Shown: piece after piece, positions 1-8,509 of the stretch
How the letters are laid out: every line of letters starts with the position of its first letter
Numbering within the stretch: position 1 is the stretch's first letter
Notes under the pieces: model-generated
The model's database searches: none
Told to the model about the DNA's origin: nothing
What the model saw: the letters and a program-made list of their open reading frames with translations, nothing else
IMG/VR virus record: IMGVR_UViG_3300022178_002326
Coordinates: 540 to 64,539 of that record
DNA: 64,000 bases
Direction: 5' to 3' (one strand)
Source: a virus
Lineage: Duplodnaviria > Caudoviricetes
Made by a program: the position numbers and the translations under genes

Positions 1-1
1 T

Positions 2-928
2 TCATGGTGGCAAGCTACTAACTTTTTTAATTACACTCAAGCTACTGATCGAGGTGTGCATCCTTTGTATATGATTGAGTTGTGTAATCAGACATGTAAG
101 AACATGTGGATCTGTGTGCCTCATATGGCTGACGATCTGTATGTTACTTACTTAGCATATCTTTGTAAGATTGCGCTTGATCCTTCTTTAACAGTGTACT
201 TGGAATATAGTAATGAGGTTTGGAACGGTCAATTTCAACAGACTCAATATGCACAGGCTGAGGGTTTAGCATTAGGTTTAAATCCTACTTCTTGGCACGC
301 TGGATGGCTATACTATTCTCAGAGATCGGTTGAGGTATTTGAAATATTTTCTAATGTCTACAGTCAGCCTAGAGATAGAAACTTAGTTAGAGTGTTAGCA
401 GGACAGAGTGTGAATCCTTGGGTGAACATTCAAATCATGGATTGGCAAGACGCTTACAAGCACGCGGATGCTTTTGCAGTCGCTCCATACTTTGGAGGGT
501 ATTTAGGTAATCTTAACATTTCTCCAAACACCGCTACTTTTTCAATTCCTCAGATATTAGCTGCTTGTGATACTGATAGTGCTAACAATCATTCACAGCA
601 TACACTGGCTAATTCAAACAATGCAAACTTTCGTGGTTTAGATCTTTTTGCTTACGAAGGAGGTCAACATCTGGTTGGAGTTGGAGTGGCTCAAAACGAT
701 CAAACGCTTACTAACTTATTCGTAGCCGCCAATAGAGATCCTTCAATGCGTACATTGTATTTCAATGATCTCACCAGATGGGAAGCTAATGGAGGGGGTT
801 TGTTTATGAACTACACTCTTACCAGCAGCCAGTCAAAATACGGATCCTGGGGTTTATTAGAGTGGCAAAACCAACCAAGGACAATGGCTCCAAAGTGGAT
901 GGGAGTTATGGACTACATAGGATACTAA
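2..928 (+). CDS. 5'-truncated clan GH-A (TIM-barrel) glycoside-hydrolase-like protein, EYSNEVWN family (often annotated cellulose-binding domain protein)
   Basis: Frame is open from base 2 (SWWQATNFFNYTQATDRGVHP...), so the gene starts upstream of the window. Motifs EYSNEVWN (acid/base-like NE) and AYEGGQH (nucleophile-like E), plus SKYGSWGLLE. Confidence 0.7.
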   Translation, partial: SWWQATNFFNYTQATDRGVHPLYMIELCNQTCKNMWICVPHMADDLYVTYLAYLCKIALDPSLTVYLEYSNEVWNGQFQQTQYAQAEGLALGLNPTSWHAGWLYYSQRSVEVFEIFSNVYSQPRDRNLVRVLAGQSVNPWVNIQIMDWQDAYKHADAFAVAPYFGGYLGNLNISPNTATFSIPQILAACDTDSANNHSQHTLANSNNANFRGLDLFAYEGGQHLVGVGVAQNDQTLTNLFVAANRDPSMRTLYFNDLTRWEANGGGLFMNYTLTSSQSKYGSWGLLEWQNQPRTMAPKWMGVMDYIGY

Positions 929-982
929 TTAGTCCGATAACCATTTCACTACTATGGCTGCCACCAAGAGCCTAGCAGTGTA

Positions 983-1696
983 TTATTTTACTTTTTTCCC
1001 GAGAGCAGTTTGTATGAGAAGTTCCAAGGCTTCGGCCTCATCAGAAGCAGCAATACCCATAGCAAGGATCGCAGTTTCTCGAATCTCCTGGTTGTTTGAT
1101 TCCAATCGTGGTTTGAACACATCTCTTAATTTAAAGTCTGGGTGAATGTCGCCAATCTTTGCCATCGCAATCATGCAACTTGAAACAATATCTCTTTGCT
1201 CAGTAGAGTCGATAGCCTTCTTTAAAGAAGCCAGGACACCAATCTTATCTTCCCTTGTAGGAAGAATTGAATCCTTTGCACCCTTTCGAGTGCTGCCTAA
1301 GTAGAACTCATCGGATCCTGTTTGAGGACCACCATTATAAAGTGCATCCTTCAACTTAATGAAAGGATCCTTATTGAACTCCCACCAGAATGCCCACTGA
1401 GTAAGATCATCTCCAAGGCGCATACCTCTTCCTCCCGTCTGAGGACCTCTTCCAGGGCCGGTAGGACCAGTAGGACCTCCGGTTGCAGGACCTTGAGGAG
1501 AGCCAGTGGCGGGTCCAGAGGGGCGGCCAGTTGAGGGTCCAGCAGGACCACCTGTAGTGGGACCAGAAGGTCTTCCAGTGCTACCACCTCCAGGACCAGG
1601 GGGAACTACATCTCCAGGCCCTCTATACTGACCTCCATGGGCCAGCAGAGTTGCTGTAAGAAATAAAACGCTTATAAGTGTCTTCATAATAATCAT
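983..1696 (-). CDS. Secreted Gly/Pro-rich HEAT-repeat protein fragment, Planctomycetota-like
   Basis: Signal peptide MKTLISVLFLTATLLA, then HGGQYRGPGDVVPPG, a G/P/T/S linker, WAFWWEFNKDPF, and HEAT-like segments (DIVSSCMIAMAKIG; EIRETAILAMGI). Family recognised from memory, not by search. Confidence 0.65.
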   Translation of the reverse strand: MIIMKTLISVLFLTATLLAHGGQYRGPGDVVPPGPGGGSTGRPSGPTTGGPAGPSTGRPSGPATGSPQGPATGGPTGPTGPGRGPQTGGRGMRLGDDLTQWAFWWEFNKDPFIKLKDALYNGGPQTGSDEFYLGSTRKGAKDSILPTREDKIGVLASLKKAIDSTEQRDIVSSCMIAMAKIGDIHPDFKLRDVFKPRLESNNQEIRETAILAMGIAASDEAEALELLIQTALGKKVK

Positions 1697-1742
1697 GCTC
1701 TACTTGTATATACATCTTGGGATTGATGGATTATATGGGCTA

Positions 1743-2000
1743 CTAGTAATTATCATCTAATAGTACATCATCTAGTATAAGAGGGAATGGAAACAATTCA
1801 TTCCCATCCTCCAAATTCCATGCCTCTTTAGTCTTATTGAATAATGGTGGAATAAGCATCTGAGCAGCATTGAACAAAGATATAGCAGTTATCTCGGAAC
1901 TAGCTAAATTTGTTTTTAGAAACTCTGTTTTAGCTGCATGATATGCTTGCTCTCTAATGTAGTCAATTATCTGCAATTTAACTTCTGAAGGGCATTCCAT
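1743..2000 (-). CDS. hypothetical protein
   Basis: 85-aa ORF filling the gap; no recognisable motif. Confidence 0.6.
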   Translation of the reverse strand: MECPSEVKLQIIDYIREQAYHAAKTEFLKTNLASSEITAISLFNAAQMLIPPLFNKTKEAWNLEDGNELFPFPLILDDVLLDDNY

Positions 2001-2077
2001 TGTGTTAGCCTATAATAGGTTAGGTGCTTTTATATTTACTATTTTTATAAAAAAAATCGCGCCTATATAATCATGTT

Positions 2078-2470
2078 ATGGCTCAAATATTGTTTTCCAA
2101 GAATAATAAAAAGATTGCAGATGTATTAGAAAGTGGTACTCCCCCAGGAATTAAGGTAGTTAAGGATTCTTGGGATAGTGCCATTATTTGTCCTGTTTTT
2201 TATTGCTTGGATGTGGACTTAACTAAATTAGAAGTTAAAACCCTTATCAGACAAGAGATGACTTCTTTTTCTGCTCTTGATTCAATTAATACCTATTTTG
2301 GTATTGCAGTGTCGGCACTTCCTTTATCTTCTCAGGATAATCTAAGTGTAAGTGGTAGATGTTATGTTAGCAGTGATGAGCTTCCTAATTTAATTAGGTG
2401 GTCCCCAGGGTATGATGAAGCACTACTGGAGGAAAGACTATTTCCAGATGATGAGGACTCAGGGAAATGA
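2078..2470 (+). CDS. hypothetical protein
   Basis: 130-aa ORF preceded by TATAAT; its stop overlaps the next start (ATGA). Confidence 0.7.
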   Translation: MAQILFSKNNKKIADVLESGTPPGIKVVKDSWDSAIICPVFYCLDVDLTKLEVKTLIRQEMTSFSALDSINTYFGIAVSALPLSSQDNLSVSGRCYVSSDELPNLIRWSPGYDEALLEERLFPDDEDSGK

Positions 2471-3651
2471 CCGTCTACACTGATTATATTGGATCGGGAA
2501 CGAATGCTGATTATGCTACGTTTGCCGAGTGGTATGCAGCTTCAGGAGATGGATCCTATAGCGATGGAGATGAGGTCCAAGTTATCTTTCAATCTAGTGG
2601 TGATGGGCATTATATTCCTCACAGCTTCGGGGGAGATCAAGCTGGGGGGTGGTTGCCGGATAGGGAGTTAACTATAACTTTATCTTCAACAAAGGACCCG
2701 GATGTTGAATTTCATATGGGTGCAAGTTCAACATACCTAACTTTAGACTCCGACCTAAGACTTAAACCTCTGAACAAGGTTAAAACGTACAATTTTAAAA
2801 ACTTAGACATTCACTGTCCAAGTAATAAGATAAGTTTAGGAGATGAGGACTACGCCGATGGGCCGCCTGAAACATCTTCAACTTTAGTTAATTTTGAAAA
2901 TTGTAAAATAGTCACGAATGTCGCGCGATTTATAGATGTCGGAAGGGATTCCGTCAATGCCTCGGGACCTTACACTATAACCTACAATAACTGCGCTGTA
3001 GTTGTAGATTCTTCTAGGCATATTAGAAATGCCGGTACCTCCTACGTAAAATGGAAACTAATAAACTCTACGTTTGTATGCGTCGTAGGTGGAATCATAG
3101 CATTAGAGCCGGATAGATCTAATAACCTAGGAAATGAGGTTCACACAAGCGGAACCATAATTAGGCTGGCTTCTCCTTTCTCTAGATTTGCAGATGGTAG
3201 ACCCAATAATCATTTCGTAAGTGGGATAGCAATAGATACAATTACAAATGAGAGGCCCGTACGATGGATAGGACCCGAAGCAGGAACCGACAATTGGGCT
3301 AGTGCTGGAAACTTCTTAAACCTTCCGGTCGATTGGGGTGATGATGGGACCAATGGGGACATAGTATTTGGTATCACACCTACTGCGGGTCAAGTGGCTT
3401 TTTCTGGGGCACTACCTAATGCTGCTGATACAATACCTTGGACTGATCTTAGACTAGTATCCTCCACTAATAATGTTGCAAGTGGGTTCGTAAGTTATTA
3501 TACGCCTCCATCCCCAGATCTAGCAGGGCATGATAGAGGATCAACACCTTTCGATGCTGGACCTTTTGAAATATCATTCACAACTGGAGGGGGTGGAAGT
3601 AGTGATACTAGACCAACATTTAAAATTGTACGAGTAAACATGTATAATTGA
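2467..3651 (+). CDS. probable beta-helix virion/adhesin-like protein
   Basis: G/S/T/D/N-rich with beta-helix-like alternating segments; C-terminal DLAGHDRGSTPFDAGPFE resembles the D..G..R....D.G.(Y/F)E motif that closes bacterial beta-helix proteins. Confidence 0.5.
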   Translation: MTVYTDYIGSGTNADYATFAEWYAASGDGSYSDGDEVQVIFQSSGDGHYIPHSFGGDQAGGWLPDRELTITLSSTKDPDVEFHMGASSTYLTLDSDLRLKPLNKVKTYNFKNLDIHCPSNKISLGDEDYADGPPETSSTLVNFENCKIVTNVARFIDVGRDSVNASGPYTITYNNCAVVVDSSRHIRNAGTSYVKWKLINSTFVCVVGGIIALEPDRSNNLGNEVHTSGTIIRLASPFSRFADGRPNNHFVSGIAIDTITNERPVRWIGPEAGTDNWASAGNFLNLPVDWGDDGTNGDIVFGITPTAGQVAFSGALPNAADTIPWTDLRLVSSTNNVASGFVSYYTPPSPDLAGHDRGSTPFDAGPFEISFTTGGGGSSDTRPTFKIVRVNMYN

Positions 3652-3652
3652 C

Positions 3653-4072
3653 CTAGTCAATATAGTTTACATTAATCAGACCATCGATGTTACGTCTCAC
3701 ATTCCTAGCTTCTGCCTTGGGTGTGGTATCCTGCTCATAATCGTTTATAAGCACCCTACAACCGCTTGTAAGGCTCATTACAAGCTGGTCATACATGATA
3801 CCCGCGTTATCTAATTGTTTGATTGTACGCTCTCTCATGGATTCTGGTCTGGCTGTAGTTAGAATAATCTTATTGCCCTGACAATGCCATTTACAAATCT
3901 TTTTTGCTGCTTCGGGTAACGAAGGAATATCATCAGTTTTCATGACATCTAGAAAGTCTTCGGGTTGTATAAGAATTGTTCCATCAATATCGATAAAAAA
4001 TGTCTTTGCGTGCATAAATATAAGTGTGTTACTAAAAGTAAAATTTGGACTACGGCCTGTTACGAACTGCAC
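3653..4072 (-). CDS. HAD-superfamily phosphatase (small, capless type)
   Basis: FFIDIDGT motif I, ILTTARP motif II, LINDY acidic motif. True start may be the ATG at 4015. Confidence 0.8.
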   Translation of the reverse strand: MQFVTGRSPNFTFSNTLIFMHAKTFFIDIDGTILIQPEDFLDVMKTDDIPSLPEAAKKICKWHCQGNKIILTTARPESMRERTIKQLDNAGIMYDQLVMSLTSGCRVLINDYEQDTTPKAEARNVRRNIDGLINVNYID

Positions 4073-4091
4073 TGGTGGATGTTGACTACCC

Positions 4092-4403
4092 TCACTTTCC
4101 TTGCATTAATGGAAAAATGTTTAAATACATAATCCAACCGGCACCACTTCCTATACATCCTGCAAAAATTGCACTAAGGATTGGATTTGTGTCGAATTGT
4201 TGAAAAGGATCCCAGTGAAATGTAGACCAGAATACTCCTGCCCAGAATCCTGTACATAGGAAACAGTTTACAAGATTACCTAGAGGTGGCACTACCTTGG
4301 ATATAAGGTTTCTGACAGGAGCCATGATCGTACTGTTTACAACAATCGTTGTTGTTCCAAATACAGCCATTATCCAAACTAACACATCTACTAAATAATT
4401 CAT
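4092..4403 (-). CDS. small multi-pass membrane protein with CxxC (DUF1360-like)
   Basis: Three hydrophobic stretches and NCFLCTGFW motif. Confidence 0.65.
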   Translation of the reverse strand: MNYLVDVLVWIMAVFGTTTIVVNSTIMAPVRNLISKVVPPLGNLVNCFLCTGFWAGVFWSTFHWDPFQQFDTNPILSAIFAGCIGSGAGWIMYLNIFPLMQGK

Positions 4404-5128
4404 TTCGGTAACCCGTTTGTTTTATCTACTGGAAGAGAACAGGGGATGCTACTGTTCCACTCTCTCATAAACTCATCCTTAGCCTTATACCAACCTTCTC
4501 TCATTTGACCGTCAGACTCATGCCGGATCATTATAGGCACAACGTAGTTAGAATAACCTTTGGAATGTGCTAAAAAAGTTAAATGAATGTCGTAAAAATC
4601 CCATTTGCTGGTTAAGTAATGTGGTTGACCTAATCCAACATCTTGTATTGTTTTGATTGTAGCTGCAAGTAGACAACCATCAAGAACAGTAACTTGACCC
4701 GGTTGACCGAAATAATTAGGTTTCATAGTTACATCTTCTTTGCCTTGCCATACAAAGCCTCTTGTTTCTCCTGATTGCCTTGAAGTCCACCATACACCAT
4801 TCTTAGTAAAACTTGTAGCTCCAGCCACTCCTACAAACCCTACTCCTGGTTTTCTGGCAACTTCAATATACTCTCTAAATTTAGCTGGGGTAGAGAGTAT
4901 TTCTACATCGTCATGTATGAACACAACAACATCATCTTCCTCAGGTTGTTCAATCCTATTTAAATTACTTAAATGGCCTGCGTAGATTGAAGAAGCATTA
5001 TCTTCAATAAGCGTATGGATGTCTATAGTTGGATTTTCACCAAATGCATTTTTACTATAATCAATAAGTGATTGAAGAGTATTGCTTATATTCTCTTTAT
5101 CTCTGGTACATATACTTAAGTAAATCAT
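4400..5128 (-). CDS. GT-A fold glycosyltransferase (GT2-like / StrF-like family)
   Basis: VFIHDDVEI (DxD-like), VLDGCLLA, WDFYDIHL, IRHES motifs. Confidence 0.8.
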   Translation of the reverse strand: MIYLSICTRDKENISNTLQSLIDYSKNAFGENPTIDIHTLIEDNASSIYAGHLSNLNRIEQPEEDDVVVFIHDDVEILSTPAKFREYIEVARKPGVGFVGVAGATSFTKNGVWWTSRQSGETRGFVWQGKEDVTMKPNYFGQPGQVTVLDGCLLAATIKTIQDVGLGQPHYLTSKWDFYDIHLTFLAHSKGYSNYVVPIMIRHESDGQMREGWYKAKDEFMREWNSSIPCSLPVDKTNGLPK

Positions 5129-5135
5129 TTTTAAT

Positions 5136-6701
5136 ATGGAATATAATAGCCAAGACGTTCTGAAGATCCAAGAGGAATTTAAAAAATGCTCTCAAGACTG
5201 TGAGTATTTCACCAAGAACTACATCAAAGTTGTCCACCCTATTAGAGGTTTGGTTAATTTTGATCTGTATCCGTTTCAATCTAGGATTTTAAATGAGTTT
5301 CAAGATCATCGACTTACTATTCTCCGTAAGTTTAGGCAGGCTGGATGTACGACCCTAATGGCTGCTTATGCATTACATTTTTGTATATTTAACACAAACA
5401 AGAAAGTAGCGGTATTGTCTAAGGGTGATGCGGAGGCTAAAGAGCTTATATCCAGAGTAAAGATAATGTTTGACGAGCTTCCTTTTTGGATGAAGCCTAA
5501 AACTAAAAAGAATAATGATCATACTTTAGAGTTTGAAAATGGGTCATCGATCCAGTCTAAAGCATCAGGTAAGCAATCAGGTCGTTCTATATCTGCTTCT
5601 CTTTTAATACTAGATGAAGCTGCTTTTATTGAGTATATTGATACTATTTGGGCTGCTGTTGGTCCTACGACTTCTACAGGCGGTAGAGTGGTGTGCCTTT
5701 CTACGGTAAACGGAACAGGTAATTGGTTCCACAAAATGTATACTCAAGCGTTAGAGGATTCAAATGGATTTCATCATATTGACATTAAATGGCAAGAGAA
5801 TCCTGAATACAAAAGACACGAAGGTTATGAAAGCCTTTACGCTGAGTTAGAATCTTATGACCCTCCTATCCTAGTTGATAAGTGGGAAGATATTACTAGA
5901 AAAAAGCATAGCTTTAAGGAATGGGAACAGGAGTATGAGGGTAGTTTCCTAGGTACAGGTGATACTTACATTGAAGGTGAGATCCTAAGAAACTTAAAAG
6001 AAAACTGCAATAAAGATTACTGGATAAAATATAACAACAAAATGCGTGTGTGGGAGGACCCTAAACCCAACCATGAATATGTCTTAGCTGCTGACCCTTC
6101 CATAGGTAGAGATCGAGATTACTCAGCATTCCACATCATTGACATCTATAATGGTAAGCAAGTTGCAGAGTTTTACAGTAATCGAACGCCGATTAACGAA
6201 TTTGCAAAAATCATAGCTGACGAAGCAAGATTGTACAATACTGCATTTGTATGTCCTGAGAGGAACGGAATTGGCAACAATTTAATCTACTTCTTACAGC
6301 AGGAGCTAGAGTATGAGAATCTGGTAATGGATGATAAGCGTGAGATCGGGATAATGATTACCCAGAAGAATAAAGAGAAGCTTTTAGCAGATATGGAGCA
6401 TAATATTAGATCTAGCAGGGTTTTAATAAACTCAGAGAGATTGGTCGATGAGCTTCTTACTTTTGTTATTGACCCTGATTCTGGCAAGATTAAGCCTGAT
6501 ACTAACTGTCATGATGATTTAATTATGTCTTTTGCCACCGCTATCTCTACTTTTAATGAGTTAAGAGGGAATGCATACATAGAAAAGTCAGAAGATGAAA
6601 CTTATATCCCTCCTGCGGTGCAGAACGCTTATACATATAAAGTAACGACCTCAACCGGAGAGTTGACCGAAGAGAATATTAAATGGCTGATAGGAAAATA
6701 A
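5136..6701 (+). CDS. gp17: terminase large subunit (T4 gp17-like)
   Basis: KFRQAGCTT Walker A-like, LILDEAAF Walker B, STVNG motif III, nuclease acidic residues (AADPSIG, HDDLIMS). Confidence 0.97.
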   Translation: MEYNSQDVLKIQEEFKKCSQDCEYFTKNYIKVVHPIRGLVNFDLYPFQSRILNEFQDHRLTILRKFRQAGCTTLMAAYALHFCIFNTNKKVAVLSKGDAEAKELISRVKIMFDELPFWMKPKTKKNNDHTLEFENGSSIQSKASGKQSGRSISASLLILDEAAFIEYIDTIWAAVGPTTSTGGRVVCLSTVNGTGNWFHKMYTQALEDSNGFHHIDIKWQENPEYKRHEGYESLYAELESYDPPILVDKWEDITRKKHSFKEWEQEYEGSFLGTGDTYIEGEILRNLKENCNKDYWIKYNNKMRVWEDPKPNHEYVLAADPSIGRDRDYSAFHIIDIYNGKQVAEFYSNRTPINEFAKIIADEARLYNTAFVCPERNGIGNNLIYFLQQELEYENLVMDDKREIGIMITQKNKEKLLADMEHNIRSSRVLINSERLVDELLTFVIDPDSGKIKPDTNCHDDLIMSFATAISTFNELRGNAYIEKSEDETYIPPAVQNAYTYKVTTSTGELTEENIKWLIGK

Positions 6702-8488
6702 GAGAGGGTGCGGAAGGGTTTACTCAGTTTGCGGATCCACAGGCTCCGTATAATAAGCCTTACGGATTAATTGGTAGATTCTTCAAGAAGTTTTTTGCCC
6801 GAGAAATAGAGGATGTAAAGGATGATCAGTATGTAGATCCTTTAACTAAAAGGAACGTGGCATCACCTAAACCTCTTCAAGGGGATACGGTCCAGTCTAA
6901 TCAAGTAATCACTATCGCTTCTGAGTTTGGGCACGAGAAAACTTTTTATCCTGTTCTCCCTCAGATCGAACATGATCGTAAGAAGAGATACAAAGAGTAT
7001 GAGGATATGGATGGTTACCCAGAGATATCTTCCGCATTCGATATTTACTCTGATGATTGTACCCAAGAGAATATAGATGGAACTCCTTGGAATGTCGTTA
7101 CAGATGATGAGCTTGTTAAGAGAGAAGTTGAGAACATGTTTGAGCAAACTAACATGGCTCGATACCTGTGGGATATAGGAAGGAATACTGTAAAGTATGG
7201 GGATATATTCCTTGAAACTATTATCGATCTTGATAACGCAAAAAGAGGGATTCAAAGAATTAAGATACTGAATCCCAATTTTATATTTAGAGTTGAAGAT
7301 GAGTTTGGATATCTAAGACAATTTCTTCAAGAAATCCCAAAGAAGAATGATTGGACATCATACGGAAGTATCGGACCAGCCCTTGACGATTCAAAGATGA
7401 TTAGTCTCGACCCAGGTCAGATTATTCACTTTAGACTTCACACTTCAGATCCTACCCATTACCCTTATGGCAAGTCGGTTGCTGCTGCGGCTAGAGTCAC
7501 CTATAAGAGTCTAAAGATGATGGAGGATGCAATGCTTATCTATCGTCTAGTTAGAGCACCAGAGAGACGTATATTCTACATAGACACGGGTTCACTACCT
7601 GCTTCAAAGGCTGAAATGCATATTAAGAAGCAGATGGACAAGTTCAAGAAACGTAAAAGTTATAACTCTCAGACTGGCAACATTGAAGAGAATTTTAACG
7701 CACTAGCTGCTGATGAAGATTTTTACATTGCCGTGAATGGTAAGGGTTCGGGAACCAAGATTGATACTCTTCAAGGGGCTGACAACTTAGGTGAAGTTGA
7801 TGATGTTAAATACTTTAGGGATAAGCTTTTAGCTGCTCTTAAGATTCCTAAGGATTACATTGTAGAGAAGGATCAATCTCCTGAGAGAAAAGCAAACCTA
7901 TCCCAGCTTGACGTTAAGTTTGCTAGGGTTATTACTAGAATTCAAAAGTCTTTAGAAATTGGATTGGAAACCTTAGCAAAGCGTCACTTGATGCTTAGAG
8001 GATTCCCTAAAATTTTAATATCTAAACTAAAAGTTAAATTACCTGCCCCTTCAGATATGGCTCTTAAACGTCAGTTAGATACTGATGAGCAGAAGGCTAG
8101 AGTTGTGCAAGCTGTTAAGGGACTTAACATCTTCCCGTTAGAGAAAATCTACAAAGACTATTATCAAATGTCAGATTCTGAAATCGATGAAGTTAAGGAT
8201 GGTCTCGAATCTGATCAGAAAGATCCCGCATTCACCGCTGCTTTAGGGGGAATGGATGCAGGAATGGGAGCACCGATGGGTGGTGAAATGCCAATGGGAG
8301 AGCCTCCTGGTGAACCTATGGAATCAGCAGAGAACAGCCCTCCCCCAGCTATGGAATCTGTAGATATTGAAGCTATGAAGTCTTTAGCAATTGAGGCTAA
8401 TTGTGACAGTGAGTTGATAGAACTCTTGGAAGAAATGGGACAACAAGAACATTTTAAATCCCAAGAGGCTGAGAGCCGGTCTAAATAA
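6683..8488 (+). CDS. gp20: portal protein (T4 gp20-like)
   Basis: LKMMEDAMLIYRLVRAPERRIFYID, EDFYI, DDVKYFRDKLLAALKIPK; acidic Pro/Gly/Met C-tail. Confidence 0.97.
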   Translation: MADRKIREGAEGFTQFADPQAPYNKPYGLIGRFFKKFFAREIEDVKDDQYVDPLTKRNVASPKPLQGDTVQSNQVITIASEFGHEKTFYPVLPQIEHDRKKRYKEYEDMDGYPEISSAFDIYSDDCTQENIDGTPWNVVTDDELVKREVENMFEQTNMARYLWDIGRNTVKYGDIFLETIIDLDNAKRGIQRIKILNPNFIFRVEDEFGYLRQFLQEIPKKNDWTSYGSIGPALDDSKMISLDPGQIIHFRLHTSDPTHYPYGKSVAAAARVTYKSLKMMEDAMLIYRLVRAPERRIFYIDTGSLPASKAEMHIKKQMDKFKKRKSYNSQTGNIEENFNALAADEDFYIAVNGKGSGTKIDTLQGADNLGEVDDVKYFRDKLLAALKIPKDYIVEKDQSPERKANLSQLDVKFARVITRIQKSLEIGLETLAKRHLMLRGFPKILISKLKVKLPAPSDMALKRQLDTDEQKARVVQAVKGLNIFPLEKIYKDYYQMSDSEIDEVKDGLESDQKDPAFTAALGGMDAGMGAPMGGEMPMGEPPGEPMESAENSPPPAMESVDIEAMKSLAIEANCDSELIELLEEMGQQEHFKSQEAESRSK

Positions 8489-8509
8489 TTTTGATGAATT
8501 TTGTAAGTC

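Noticed and set aside
929-982. Possible decayed continuation of the HEAT gene past its stop
   Set aside because: Only about 50 bp with weak, frame-broken resemblance to remembered homologues; not supportable without an alignment.
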